Shown here: piece after piece, positions 22,810 through 36,016 of the stretch
How positions within the stretch are numbered: position 1 is the stretch's first letter
Layout of the letters: each line of letters begins with the position of its first letter
Assembly (NCBI GenBank): GCA_973895155.1
Contig: OZ316899.1
Span: forward strand, 6,699,241 to 6,763,240
Direction: 5' to 3'
Source of the DNA: Marsupella aquatica
Lineage: Eukaryota > Plantae > Marchantiophyta
DNA length: 64,000 nucleotides
Notes under the pieces: model-generated
The model's input: the letters and a program-made list of their open reading frames with translations, nothing else
What the model was told of the DNA's origin: nothing
Database searches by the model: none
Position numbers and translations under genes: made by a program

Positions 22810-24301
22810 AGTCGCGGAACTCGACTACCTTAACACTTAGCTCCGGCGTCGCTGACTCCGACGCCGAGCTCCCTTATGGTCTAGGCCCGGATAGGCCATC
22901 CGGGGAGGACTTAGCATGGGGAGACTTGTGGGCAATGAGACATGGCACTGGCGAGGTAAGGGGCCAAGCTGGGGACACACACTAAGGACTTGGACTAGCC
23001 TATGGCTGGTCGGGTCAAGGGGAAATGGGCCAGGCTCAAGGATGGCCGTTCGGACCGTCGGATGGACTTTCAGTTCTGAGGGCTTGGGAGTGAGCTCCTC
23101 TTGGGCCCAAGGCCAATGGAGTTGATGCCATGGGCAACGGACGCTTGGGGCGCAAGTTGTGGCTCGATCTGGGTTGGGTCGATCGAGGGCCCCGAGCAGC
23201 GATCAGGCCTGAGGGCCTAGGCATGAGCATTGGGTCAGCCGGGTCACAACGGACTTAGGCACTCTGCTTGTGGATGCCTATCAAGAAAGTTATGGGCGTT
23301 GCCAGTTGGTGGCGTGCCCATTATGCGCGATGGGATCCGGGTTGGGGGCCAAATGTTTAGGGACCAAAGCTGGTTCGGGGGTGGCAGGTCTCCAGAAGTA
23401 TATATGAGGGGAGTGGTGTCTCCCTGGGGCTAAGGCCGAGCCGAAGTCGTGAGCCGCGTCGGTCGCGACACTAAGGGAAACCGCCAAATGGAAATGGCGA
23501 TATCTTCCCAACGGGAAGTCCATTGGAGGACTTCTTGGGTGCGTTGGAAAGCTCTTGAGAAGGGCTACGCCCTCTTGAGATCAGATGGGTCCGGGGGTGC
23601 CATGGGTTCTTGTGGTTTGTGGATGTTAGCTTGCCCACTTGCCAAATCCTGCCGAACAGCAGCCAAGCCATGTTCAGCCTCCCAAGGGAGCTTGCGTTGG
23701 GGAGGCAAGGCCAAGTAGGTATGGAGGCTGAGTCCCAAGGGCGCTCGGTCCCTAGACCATCAGTGGGGCGAACTGGGAGCGGTTGTTAGAGTCGGGGCCG
23801 TTCTGGTCCCGACGTGTTGAGACAAGCTTGGGACAAGCTTTAGGACAAGCTATGCTATTTGGGCCATGAGCATGTCCTGAGGTCAGGGCGGTCAGTTGGT
23901 GATGGATAGGTACGAAGGGGCACCCGGGCCGCGCCAAGGAAGGAGCTGTCCTGGACGGACAGTGGGCGTGGGTTCTGGTTCCGGCTTATGGCATCGGGAG
24001 GACCTATCGCTGACCTATTTACCAATGTCTATTGAGCTTGAGTTAGGAGGCTAGACTTGGTGAGTTCTAGATCCTGAAGGGTTACTTATCGAGGTGCTTG
24101 GTTGCTTGTGCAGATAGGGAGGACCGTTGAGTAGCGGTCGTGTTAGAGAGCAAGTGTGGCTTTGTATGGGAGGGGCCGTGGGTGGTGCAAGGGGCACTAG
24201 GTTGCTTGCTCGAGGTATTCCGTGGAGGCGTTTGGGCACCAAGGGCACTTAGGTGTGAGTGCTGGGATTGGTGAGGGTGCTAGGTGGCGAGGTCTACCAC
24301 T
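22810..24301 (+). repeat. 5' LTR of the chromovirus (AGT...ACT ends)
   Basis: Homologous to 1962-3435 and to 29976-30109 + 38651-39997. Confidence 0.88.
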
Positions 24302-24303
24302 TG

Positions 24304-24315
24304 TGGTATCAGAGC
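24304..24315 (+). promoter_or_regulatory. tRNA-iMet PBS
   Basis: TGGTATCAGAGC, 2 nt after the LTR end. Confidence 0.92.
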
Positions 24316-25114
24316 GATTGCTGGCATAGACACCGGGCCGAGGTTGTGCTAAGTCGGAATCCAAAAATCTTAGCGGATGTTTGTGGGGACTTAGTGCTTC
24401 AACGTGCCCGGCGGGTCGACTGCGGGCAGATTTGGTCCTTGGGAACATGGCTAAAAACACTTGATCAAAGAGTGGCAAACAGGCTCCCCCCACCAAGGGG
24501 AGAGCCCAAATCCAAGATGAACAAAAGGAGGACGGGTCAACTTCCCTAGACAAATGTTATAAGCAGGACGAAGAAGATGCAACGGCCAAACCGTCGACCG
24601 CTGCGGTGAACACGTCAAGTGCAGAGCGCCATAGACTTAAAGGGAAGGAGGTGGCGGATCCTTCAGAGGATGGGTCGGATGACAACGACTCCGACGCAGA
24701 AGGAAGCAACATCGAGGCTGAAGCCGAAACAGAGGAAGAGGGTCAGGACCCAGAGGAGGAACTGATCCCAGCCTTGAGAGGGTTGAATGCGGAACCAGAG
24801 GATGATGTCAAGCCGGACGTCATCGTGGATAATTTGACCAAGCAGAACCAGGATGACGCGGGTGATACCTCAGTCCCGGGAGGTCATGGTGCTCGCAAGA
24901 CGCGGGGGTATCACCAAAATCCACAAGAGAACCTAAGGACAGGCAGCCGGTAAAGGAAAGATGGTTGGAGGACCGTCCTCATACAACCCGCAAGGGCCCG
25001 GCCGCTGACGACGGTCTGGGTCCGTTGACTCAAGACCAATGACTCATATATGAGCAGCTGGAACACAACAAGGGGGCCCAAATTAAGTACTTACTTAGTC
25101 TGGGTAGTCAGAGT

Positions 25115-28100
25115 GTGTCGCATCCCGAGGGGGGAATGGTAGTTGGATTGAGTATGTTCCAAGTGAACCAGCTACCGACTCCTCCAACTTACGACGGGGC
25201 CTACGAACAAAGTGGACAAAAGTTCCTGAGTTGGGTCTCCATGATGGAGATTCATCTCCAAGCGTGCGTTGAGCGTTCCACTTGGGCTACCGCAACCGCT
25301 CCTTACCTAAAGGAATATGCCTTGACTTGGTACAAGTCATGGAAGAAGTTGCAAGAGGACTCCTCCTTGCCGTTAACTTGGGAAAACCTGGTTGAGGGTC
25401 TCCGTGCTCATGTCACCACTAAGTACCCGGAGCGGCACGCTCAGAAATGTGTAACGGAGATGAGCTTCAGGGGTGATATCCAAAAGTTCATCACTTATTA
25501 CCAGAATTAGTTGGCGTGTATCCCGGCAGGACAAGAGACCCTACATACACAGCTTCACAACTTTATCGTGAAGCTCCCGCCGTTGCTCAGGGAAAAGTTG
25601 CAGGAAAAGCGTCATGAGTTCAAAATGCTTTTGGACGCCTTTGACAAGGCCACTACGTTAGTGAATAACCAACCGGACTTGGCGAAGGTGGGTGGCAAGG
25701 GATCCCAGGGGGAAGCTGGGAAAGCGGAAGGTCCCGGGAATAAGTGTAAGCAACCTGAGGGGGCGGGGGCTGGTGGTTCGGATCCCCAGCCCCAGAATGG
25801 AGAAGCTAAGCGAAACCGGAAGGCCAACAACTTTAAGAAAGGAGCCTCATCGGCACAAAAAGCAAAGAAGCAGGCGACCATGGAGTAGAGGCGGGCTGAA
25901 GGTTCGTGCTTCACATGTGGCGCCATGGGACATCAAAGAAAGGATTGTTCCACAAAAGGTGGCAAGCCAAACGGAGATGGTGGAGGGCTGAAGAGCATTA
26001 AGGTAAGTATCACTCTAACCGAACCCTTAGCAGCTGACAAGGTCCCTGTAGGGGATGTCCCTGACGGAGAGAGGGTGTTGTTGCAAGAGAAGATACCTAA
26101 AGTTAAGACAATGGATCCTGAAAAACTGATTTTTGTGAATGTCACTTCTAACGGTAATCTAGGTGTTGCTTTGGTGGATACAGGGGCGACCGCCTGCTTC
26201 ATAAGTGGGCAGGCGGCAGCTCATCTTGGGGTGGACGTGCAAGAGTTGCTACAACCGTTAGTGTGCAAGTTTGCCAACGACACGAAAGGGATAGTGTCGA
26301 GAGTAGTGCATAGACTTCAGGTAGAGGTCATAGGTGAACAACAAAATTTTGTTAGTCAAGAGATGTTCTACGTTCTAGACGGTCTAGCCGTAGACTTCAT
26401 TTTGTCAATAGGTTATCTCAGACAGCACAATGTTACCTTGAAACCGGGGGGTGAGGTGCTCCATTTTCCCAATAAGGGCGATGAGCCCATCGTTGTACAC
26501 GAAATTACCAAAAATAAAGAAAGATTTCTTAAAGTAAGTAAAATGTCATGGATGTCTCCGTGTGTATCGGCGAAGCAATGGTGGAAAGACTTCAAGGGTG
26601 GACATGAATGTTTCTTCTTTCATCTCCACCCAACTAAGGTGGTTGTGTCGCAGCCAAAGGTCAAGTTAGCTAAGGTCAGGCCCGACTGCGGTCAAATTCC
26701 TGAAATTTTAGAGGAATTCAACGACGTGCTCTCGCAGAAGCTACCTAAAGGTTTACCCCCGCAGAGAGAAGTGGATCACCAAGTTGAGTTGGAGCCGGGA
26801 TCGGCTCCTCAGGCTAAAACTCCTTATCGTCTGAACCTGAACGAGCCAATGATGTTGAAGAACGCCTTGGAAGAGTTTATCGACCGAGGGTTCATTCGCC
26901 CTAGTAAGAGTCCTTACGGGGCGCCCGCGCTGTTTGTGTCCAAAAAGGATGGTACTTGGAGATTGTGCGCAGATTATCGGGCCCTCAATAAGCAGACGGT
27001 AAAGAACAAGTACCCGTTACCTCATATGGATGACCTCTTTGATTGCCTCTCCGGGGCTAAGAAGTTTTCAAAGGTGGACTTGCGGTGGGTATTACCAGAT
27101 CCGCATGGCTAAGGGAGATGAGTATAAGACCGCGATGCGCACAAGGTTCGGATCCTATGAGTTTTTGGTTATGCCGTTTGGGTTGTGTAATGCAACCGCA
27201 ACGTTCATGAAGATGATGAATACCATCTTTCATGACTTGTTGGACCAAGGAGTGGTTGTCTTTATTGACGACATCCTAATCTACTTGAAAACATTGGAGG
27301 AACATGAGCAGTTGCTCAGAGAAGTGTTCTCTCGCCTTCGTAAGGCTCGTCTCTTTGCTAAACCTAGCAAGTGCGAGTTTGCGATGAACGAGATTCAGTT
27401 CCTTGGCCATACCTTTACCCAAAAGGGATTACGCCTAGTCAGGACAAGCTTAAGGAGATCAAAGAATGGGAGCGCCCGTCCAATGTAAGGCAAGTTAGAG
27501 CCTTCTTAGGATTTACAGGGTTCTATCAGAGATACATGAAAGACTAAATGCGCTAACGTTGAAAAACAAAGTGTTTGTGTGGACACAGGATTGCAAGTTA
27601 GCATTCCTAGAACTTAAGCAGTTAATGATAACACTGCCGGTTCTAAAGTACCTGAGATGGGGAAGCCGTTCGAGATTTGGACAGACGCAAGTGATTATGC
27701 CATCGGCGCCTGTCTTCACCAAGATGGGCGTCTTGTGGCCTTCGAGTCATGTAAGTTGGAAAATCACTGGATCACGCCGGAAAGGGAAATGTATGTTGTG
27801 ATCTATGTGTTGAAGAAGTGGGAGATTTACCTTAAGAATGGTCCCAAAGTGGTAATCCACACAGATAGCTCGCCGGCCGGGTAGTTCAGTTCTAAGCCAA
27901 GGCTGAACCCCAAGGAAAGGCGTTGGCAGATGTTCTTGGCGGATTTTGATTTCAAAGTCCGCCACATTCCAGGGAAGACAAATACGGCAGCGAACACGTT
28001 ATCGCGTAAGGACCAACATTGTGTCAATGGGATCACGATGCTTGAATCCGAGTGGCCAAAGGTTCTGGCCGCGGCATATGGGGATGACAGGTTAGCTAAG

Positions 28101-29537
28101 GAATGGCAAAGCAATGGGGGTAGCCAAGGCAAGGTAAGGCACGTATTGTTGGGGTTGGATAAGACGCATAATGTCCAGTTATGGCGATACAAGCGGAGGC
28201 ATGTGTACATACCGGAGTCTCTAAGGTTAGAGGTTCTGCAAAAGTACCACGACTTGCCCTGGGGAGGGCATGGAGGACAAGCCGCTACGTATTGCAGCAT
28301 GTCGCAAGATGTGTAGTGGCCGGACATGAAGCAATCGGTCCTTCAACACGTGCAAAGTTGTTACTCGTGCCAAAAGAACCAAACGGTCTATAGGGCAAAA
28401 GGAGGACTACTACAACCCTTACCAGTAGCTATGGTTCCATGAGAGTCCATGGACTTCATTGTTGGGTTACCTGAGTCCCACGGCAGTAACTCCATCTTAA
28501 CAATTGTGGATCAGTTTTCCAAGATGGCGTATTTCTTGCCTACTATGAAGATGGTTTTGGCCCGAGAGGTTGTCGGTCTAGTATTTGACAATGTCTTTCA
28601 ACAATGGGGATTGCCGTTGCATATCCTGTCCCATCGTGATACCAAGTTCACGGGCCATTTCTGGAAGGCGTTGTTCTGGTTATCCGGAATGGACCTTGCT
28701 AGGGGATCAGCGTATCATCACGAGACAGATGACCAAACAAAATGGGTGAATGGTATCGTGGAGGACTACTTGCATCACTTTGTGACGGCCAATCAAAAGG
28801 ATTGGGCAAAGCACTTAATGATGGCCGAGTTTAGGTATAACTCGACCAAACATTTGGCGACGGGGTTTGCACCGTTTGTGTTGGCCACAGGGAGGACGCC
28901 AAGGGCGCCCTCCTGGTTTATAAATCCGAAAGCTTGGCAGACGAAAAGCAAGGTTCAATCTGCGGACGAGTTTATTTGAGAGCGGCGCCTAGTTGTGGAA
29001 GTGGCTACCAAGGATATGACCCTTGCCCAAAGTCGGTACAAGGAGCAAGGGGATAAACATCGACGCCAGGTAAGCTTTGAAATTGGGGAGAGTGTCTGGT
29101 TGCAGTTGAGACCTGAGAAATACCACGGGAACATAAGTAGGAAGCTGGCTCCCAGATATGCGGGGCTCTATTGCATCATACGATGTGTCCACAAGGATAA
29201 TCCGGTTTTGGTGGTGTTGGAGACACCCAAAGAAATGGGCGTGGGCAAAAGCGACCATGCTAGCCGGCTCAAGAAGTTTGTCAAAGACAATGATCCCAAC
29301 CGGGATCAGGTCTTGCGTCCGGACGCCATGCTGGTGGAGGACGCGGAGGAGTTTGAGGTGGAGGCAATTCTCAACCACCATTACAAACGCAAGTTGGGAA
29401 GGCAAATCTTAGAGTATTTGGTGAAGTGGGCTGGCTACGACCAGGCCGAGAGTACTTGGGAACCGGAGGAAAATTTGGGTAATGCCTCAGAGATCCTTGG
29501 AAGCTATTGTAAGCAAAGCGGCCTACCGCCGTTGTGA
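25115..29537 (+). pseudogene. Chromovirus gag-pol with multiple stops and frameshifts and a C-terminal chromodomain (~29346-29510)
   Basis: Gag (ALTWY..W), [68 protein letters not shown]...EYLVKWAGY..ESTWEPEENL. Confidence 0.92.
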
Positions 29538-32433
29538 ACGGGTACAGTCAACTGTAATTACCTTTGTGAGTTGTATCCTAGTTTCACTCCTCTCGGCCTC
29601 TTAAGGATAAAGTTGGATCGCGTTGGTGCTAGAGGTTGTTGGGCGGCCCATTTGCTTTTTGCGAGTGGAAGTTGATGGTGCCCGCCTTATATCTGTGGGC
29701 GGGCTGGTCCGAACCAAAGGGGAGTACCCCAAGGGGAGGACAATGGGTCCGACAAGTTTGGAGTTAGCTTACCCGTTTGGACTGGCATCCTACTTGGATA
29801 AGTGGGATAGGTTGGAATTTCTTAAGTTTGGAATGCGCATACCAACCTGGTTTGCATCAGCCTTATGGGCAAACCATTTGTTACCTCATAACATTTTTAA
29901 GGCCCAAAGTGGTCTAGGCGTGTTGGAACGTTTACTGAGGTCATGCGGACGTGACCATTTTTAAGGGGGGGTGCAAGTCGCGGAACTCGACTACCTTAAC
30001 ACTTAGCTCCGGTGTCGCTGACTCCGACGCTGAGCTCCCTTATGGTCCAGGCCAGGATAGGCCATCCGGGGAGGACTTAGCATGGGGAGACTTGTGGGCA
30101 ATGAGACGTTGTCGCGAGGACTTAAAGTTAGGGGCTCCTCGGGCAAATTGCAAGTTTTTGGCTGCAATTGGGACAGGCGACAAGCACTTTTGGAGCGAAC
30201 TCTCACTCCTTTATATTTTTTACTTTTCTCACAAAGGTTACAATAGGTGCCCTCAAGTAAGATTGCCCGCAAGAGTCTGGTAGCTGGCCCTACGGCGGGC
30301 CGCTACCTCTAACTTATCAAGTAGAACTCCTCAAGTGACTAACTACTCAAAATCTGACGGAAAAACTATCTTCCTTAGCTCACAAAACCAAAACTCGACT
30401 AGCTACTTCACTAGTCTAAAACAGCTCACATGGAACTTGGGCCTGGACCAACGAGGCTCCAAACTCGAGAAATCCTCGCCTGGATCAACGAGACTCCAAA
30501 CTTGAGAAATCCCCACCTGGATCGACGAGACTCCAAACTTGAGAAATCCCCACCTGGATCAAAAACTCCACACCTGGATCCAACACTTGCCCAAAACTCC
30601 AAAACTGTCGCACAATAGTCGAGTTCCGTAGAACGGAGCGGAACTTCATAGAACGCAACTCAACAAATCTCAATAGACAACCGCCAACCTCAATGAGCCA
30701 AGGGTGAAGTCTTAAGTAGCATCGAAAACCCAACCATCCAACCTGAGCCAGCTGTCATCAGCGAGGCTCATCCAAACTCCAAGCCTGGTGACTCACCCAA
30801 ACACCAAACCTGGTGACGACGAGTCACCCAATCACCAAACCTCAATCCATCCAACCAAGCAGCCCCTCCGAGTTAGCATGCACGCAACCCAACCGGGAGG
30901 CCTCGCCCATCATCCCCTATAAAAGCCATTCCTGAGCCGAAATCTTTCGGCATGACATCCTCCCCCAGTAAACCTGAGCAGCCTCCGGTCTGCTCCAATC
31001 CATCAGATATCCTCTAAGTCTGAGTCCGAACTCGAGCCATGCGCCTGGACCACTTCCTCAAGTAACTCAAACCCAAAGCCTTCAGACTCGGCCTTAGGCA
31101 CTCCACTTTCTAGAAACTCGAAGTCCAACTCATCCGAATCAGAACCAGTCAAGCCACTTTCAAAACTCAAGTCCAACGGATGCGCCTGGACCAGCGCCTC
31201 AACTTCAAACTCACTCAAGTTGGAACTTGAGTCCATTTCATCTCTAGTTTGCACCTTGCAAACCTTCACTCTCTCCTGTATGTCAACGACTTGATAGTCA
31301 ATCCGATCAAGCTCTTGAATCTGCCTCTTCAAGTTGTGATGGATCCCTCAATTGTCAGCACACTCCTGAACATCCCAATACAAATCTGGCCACCAATACT
31401 CCTTTCGGATCTGCTCACAGACCTTCGCCCTTATTCCTTTCAAACCACCTTTGACCTCAGCATCATAGACTTCCTCAAAAATCCGCTTTTGCTCATCCTT
31501 AGAATCAACAACTCTCCTCGGTACTAGCATGGGGCCCTTAGGTTTCTGCCAAAGGTAGCCCTCTCTAAGAATGAACTTATCAAAATTCACTCAAATGTCT
31601 TCGAGCCCTTTATCATCCTGCTTCAGCCGCTCCCCAAAGTCACTCAGATACTTCCCAATGTCCAGTAGCTCTCCTGAGTAACACTCTTCCTTGAACACTA
31701 GACTCCCCATCTTTTGGTCCGCAATTGGCTCCCCTTTGAACTTTGCACTTAGATCCATCTTAGCATCTCGGTTCTCCCCCATAGCAATGCCAACTTTTGC
31801 CGCTGTTGGATCTCGCAGCTGCTTTCGGTTCCTCTCATTTCCAGGTAGAACCGCCGGAAATTGAACCACCTCCTTATCATCTTTGCCCCGAACCTTCACC
31901 ATGAAGGTAGTATCATCCAGAACCTTTGTCTCCATCCTCCATTCAGTGATGAACGGCATGCCCAATATCACCGGAAACGACAAGTGCTCATGAACAAAAA
32001 TGTTACAAGCCTGCTTGACATTCCCGAACTTCACCATCACATTTGGACATCCGCCCCCAAGATAGTCCTTTGTTGAACTCACCGAGTTCACACCCCAAAG
32101 CAACTCATTCTCCACCGGCCAATTCCCCTTTTGAAACACCTTTGGATCCATCAAGTTGATCTTCGAGCCAGTATCAATGAGTGCCCGCACCTTGCCTTCC
32201 ATTCCTTCCAACTGGCACTCGCTCTCCGGACTTGCTCGAGCCCAGTATCCATCCCGGTAAGCATAACCATTTCCTTTCATTGAGCCCATGACATAAATGG
32301 TCCTCGACTGCGCGGTAATGCTTTCTCGTTCTTCCCCTTCAGTCGGGTCCCTGTTTGCCACAGACTCAGCTTCGCTTCCGGTTCCCATGAGCTCCTCTTT
32401 TGCATCAAAGAACTCATTGTCCAAGTTCATGAG

Positions 32434-35400
32434 TGTAGAGTAGGGTTTAAGGAAATACAAACTACTTTCCTCTTAAACAACCAGAATTCGTTCCCGTTAA
32501 GAGCTTGTGAGACCTAAAAGATTGTATTAATATACTTTGAGATAGTTAAGCTAACCTATCTCAAATTTTAAGCCTTTACCGACATGCTTAGGTCAGGTGG
32601 AAGGAGTTTTTAATACATCCTCAGGTATTGTGATGTTTGCATCATCAACAGTGCAATAATCAATTCTAAAAAATATAAGAAAACAACCAAAAGCCATAGG
32701 CGTAAAGATAGAATTAGGCAAGCCTTAAATGTCTCATCTCCTCTCGCCACTTAGCAATCTATGACTAAGTTAGGCACGATTAAGAGTCAATAGAGAGTCT
32801 GACTAAATTAGGCTGATGCCTACAGCTCATCTTTAAAGCCAACCATCTAAGAATTTGTAAAAGATGTATTTATGATAGCCCGTGTTAACTTTCCGACCTA
32901 TGTCAAGGCAAAGGTGGTACTGATTACTCCGAACTAACTTATTTTTCTATTCAATCCTTCAGATTACTCTTTTAGGACTACGCAACTTGTGAGTTCTCGT
33001 ATGGTGCTTCTTCCACTAATACTTAATAAGCCATAAGTATTCCATAGTCAACATGAATCTTTAGACCTTTGCATGGTCTCAGGCATGCATTTCCAGTCAG
33101 CCTAAAGGTTAACTATGACATTGCTAGTCACTTTCCATAGATTTTCTAGCAAGAATGGTCACACACTAATGTCCAAACACAAAGCATAGATCATCAAATT
33201 TATGAATCTATTACTTCTCTTCAAAGAAGGAGACTTTCAAAAGTGAAATGCAAGTCTGAGTAAAATGGTGGAAACTTTCCCTCTTATACTTAGGGACAAG
33301 TTTCTTCTAAACAAAAAGTTGAAGAGGTATGCCTCTTCAATTCCTAACCTAAGTGTAAAAGTAAAAAGTAATGCTAAAGTCTGAAACTAGACTATGAGAT
33401 AAAGTGCTCAGCAAAGATTCAAAGTCTAATTCTTCCTATACTAAGTGTTATAGGGCTTCAAACACGAAACCGGATCAAAAACCGGGTGGGAAACCGGATG
33501 GGAAGCCGATTCAACTTCCGGATGGAATAACTTTTTACTTTTCAGGAGTTGAAGTGTCAGGCTTCACCAATGTGGAGTCTACTGCTGGATCAATGAAGTT
33601 GAGAGGGTTTGGCATGAAAGTGATACCTCCAAAGGTAGTAGTAAATGGTGAGGTCGGAATGAGTGGAAAATTGGGTGTAACTGTGGTAGAAGTGATATCA
33701 GGATCAGGAGAGTCAACCCATCCTTCTGCTGGTGTCACCTGTGGAGATGGAACAGTGACTTTCTCTGCAAATTGAGTCTGCTCCTCATCAGAAAGGTCAT
33801 AGAATTTCTTCAGTTTAGCAAGGATAAGCTTGAGGGCAGAGAGGCATTCTTCCACCTTGTCACCATAGTCATGTGCAATCTGGATGACTAAGGGCATGAG
33901 AAGGGGATTGGGAACATCAATGAAGTACTGCCTGAATAGTTGGGTCTGTACCAGGTCCTCTCCCTTGGTTTCTACTAAGGGTTCTAGGTGATCCATAGCT
34001 CTGGAAATGTTATCGAAGAGTAGTTGCTCCACTGTGGTCTTCTCCTTTGCCTTGTGCAACAACTGTTCAAGATGATAGTTCTTCTTCTTCTCTTCCTCTA
34101 ATGATTTCTCTAGCTGCTCAATCTTGACCTTGTTCTCATCTCCTTTCATCAGGTCCTCCACTTTCTTCACAAGGTTAGCAGGAGCTACACCAGTCACCTG
34201 GGAGAGCCTTGAGAGCACTGGTTCCATGATTCCCATCTTGGTCTTGATGGCCGAAAGATCCTTGAATAAACAAGAAAAATGGTGTAAGGTAGAGTGCGAA
34301 AGACCGGCTGAAGAGGTAGTAGCGCCACTCATCGGGTAGGAAACCGGGTCAGAAACCGGTTCAGAAGCCGGATCAGAAGCCGGTCCAGTTTTGTCGAGCT
34401 TCCTCTTCCTGGTTGGCCCTACAAAGTCAATCTCTTCCGGCTCTAGGTCATCTTCAGACTCTGGTAAGCTCTGAATTTCTGGATCCAAGACTCCATATTT
34501 CACATAGCTGCTCTTGGTGCCAAATGCACTCTTCTCGTGTTTGAATAAGGTTTGATCATGAGAGTATAGATGTACCAAGTAACAGGAGAGAGCAGTGGGG
34601 GCTCTGTTGGACAGGGCGGAGACCTGCTTCTCTAGAACACTTGAGAAGATAGTAGCCCATGATACCTCTCTGATTTTGAAGAAGGAAGCAATGATAGTAC
34701 TTCCTACTTTAAGAATCACCCTCCTTGGTTTCTCTGGATAGATGAGGGGGACTAGGAATGCCATCACGTTCCTGAGGTCCTTGTGAGTACACTGGTTGAT
34801 GGTCCATCTTTCTTTGGCATCCATCTTGCCACCAAAGTATTCCACTGTGAGATTCTCTCCTCTGGGGCAGAAGCCACTCCCTTTCACTGGTATCTGAAAA
34901 GCTTCTCCAACGAATGCCTTGGTCCAAGCTTCTGGTCGAGCTCATGCAGTCTTCTGAAATTCTGTGGGAGGAATTCCTGCCAACACTTCCCTTACCATGT
35001 CTTCACTCAGAAACCCCCAAGTAAGATCCATCAAGGAGGCACAGCCCATTAGTGTAAGATCTTTTTGGAGCTGTTCCTTCTCAGCTGCATCAGTAGGAAT
35101 GAGGGGTCTCAAGGGCTTCATGGTGATCTGAGCCTCCTTCCTCTTTGGACGTCGTACTTCAGGATTTACTGGAGTCTCACTCTGAGTCTTGGAAGAAGGA
35201 CTGCTCTTGGCACTCTTCATACTGATTGGTAGTTGGAGTAGCAAACAGATTTGAACCGGTGAAGGCAGAAGGTAGGAGCTAGAAGTGAATATAGCCTCTA
35301 TAATTACTCCGTCGCGTATATCAGCCAACCTTCTCCATCTCAGCACACTTTCAGCAAAAACGAACGTCCAGCAAGCGAGACATAGCAGAAACCGGTTTGC

Positions 35401-36016
35401 CACCAGTTCAGTTCCGGTTCAGAAACCGGCTCAAGCCCCGGAAGTAGACAACTATCAAAACAGGGGGCCTTAGCGCCAATCTCCACATCCCCAGCCTTCC
35501 CTCCAAGCGTAGGAGTAGACTGCCACCTCACATGAGTCTGTCAAGGCTCTCTTATACCTTTCTCTCATAGAAACTAGAATGGTCCTATAATCCGGACCCA
35601 AGATCCTCAACCGGAAGGGAAGAGCCTCCTTTCTCTACTGCTTCGACAAGCCTATTCACTCGGGAGCTCAAAACTTACTCTGTTCAGCTTTGAGAGGTGT
35701 GAGAAGAGCAAAACCGGTTCGGCCTTAAGAGAGATTCCGGCTCACTGACAAGAGTCCAATGCTTATGGGTTTTCCCCAGGACAAAGAGTGTAGCCTCGGC
35801 TTCAAGAACCTGGTGTTAGATTTTCTTGATAGCGTCCGGAGACGATTTATGGCTTCCGGTTCGTGGTCCGGTTTCCTTCTCTTAATCTCTTGAATGGTTG
35901 TTAGACTTTCAATAATGGTTTGCTTAGCATTTAAGGTTCTTCTTTCCAGCTTCAAAGGCAAAAAAAATTATTTTTTCCACTTTCTTTATTCATTTCTTCT
36001 TAACCATGTTATCACA
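32434..36016 (-). mobile_element. 3583-bp solo-LTR-like insertion containing a long ORF
   Basis: TG...CA ends; perfect 5-bp TSD ATGAG (32429-32433, 36017-36021); no internal direct repeats or gag/pol seen. Confidence 0.8.
33535..35220 (-). pseudogene. ~560-codon retroelement accessory protein (plant-mobile-domain / putative plant transposon protein-like N half, basic NLS, coiled coil, P/T-rich tail); one internal TGA
   Basis: ORFs 34942-35403 and 33535-34887 share a frame and are separated only by TGA at 34942-34944 (likely CGA>TGA); ATG MKSAKSS at 35220; motifs LMDLTW, EAFQIP, FLVPLIYPEKP, TRKRK. Confidence 0.7.

Noticed and set aside
30460-30580. Regularly spaced ~39-bp repeats resembling a CRISPR array
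   Set aside because: Head-to-tail tandem repeats with no unique spacers, inside an LTR; no cas genes; eukaryotic context.
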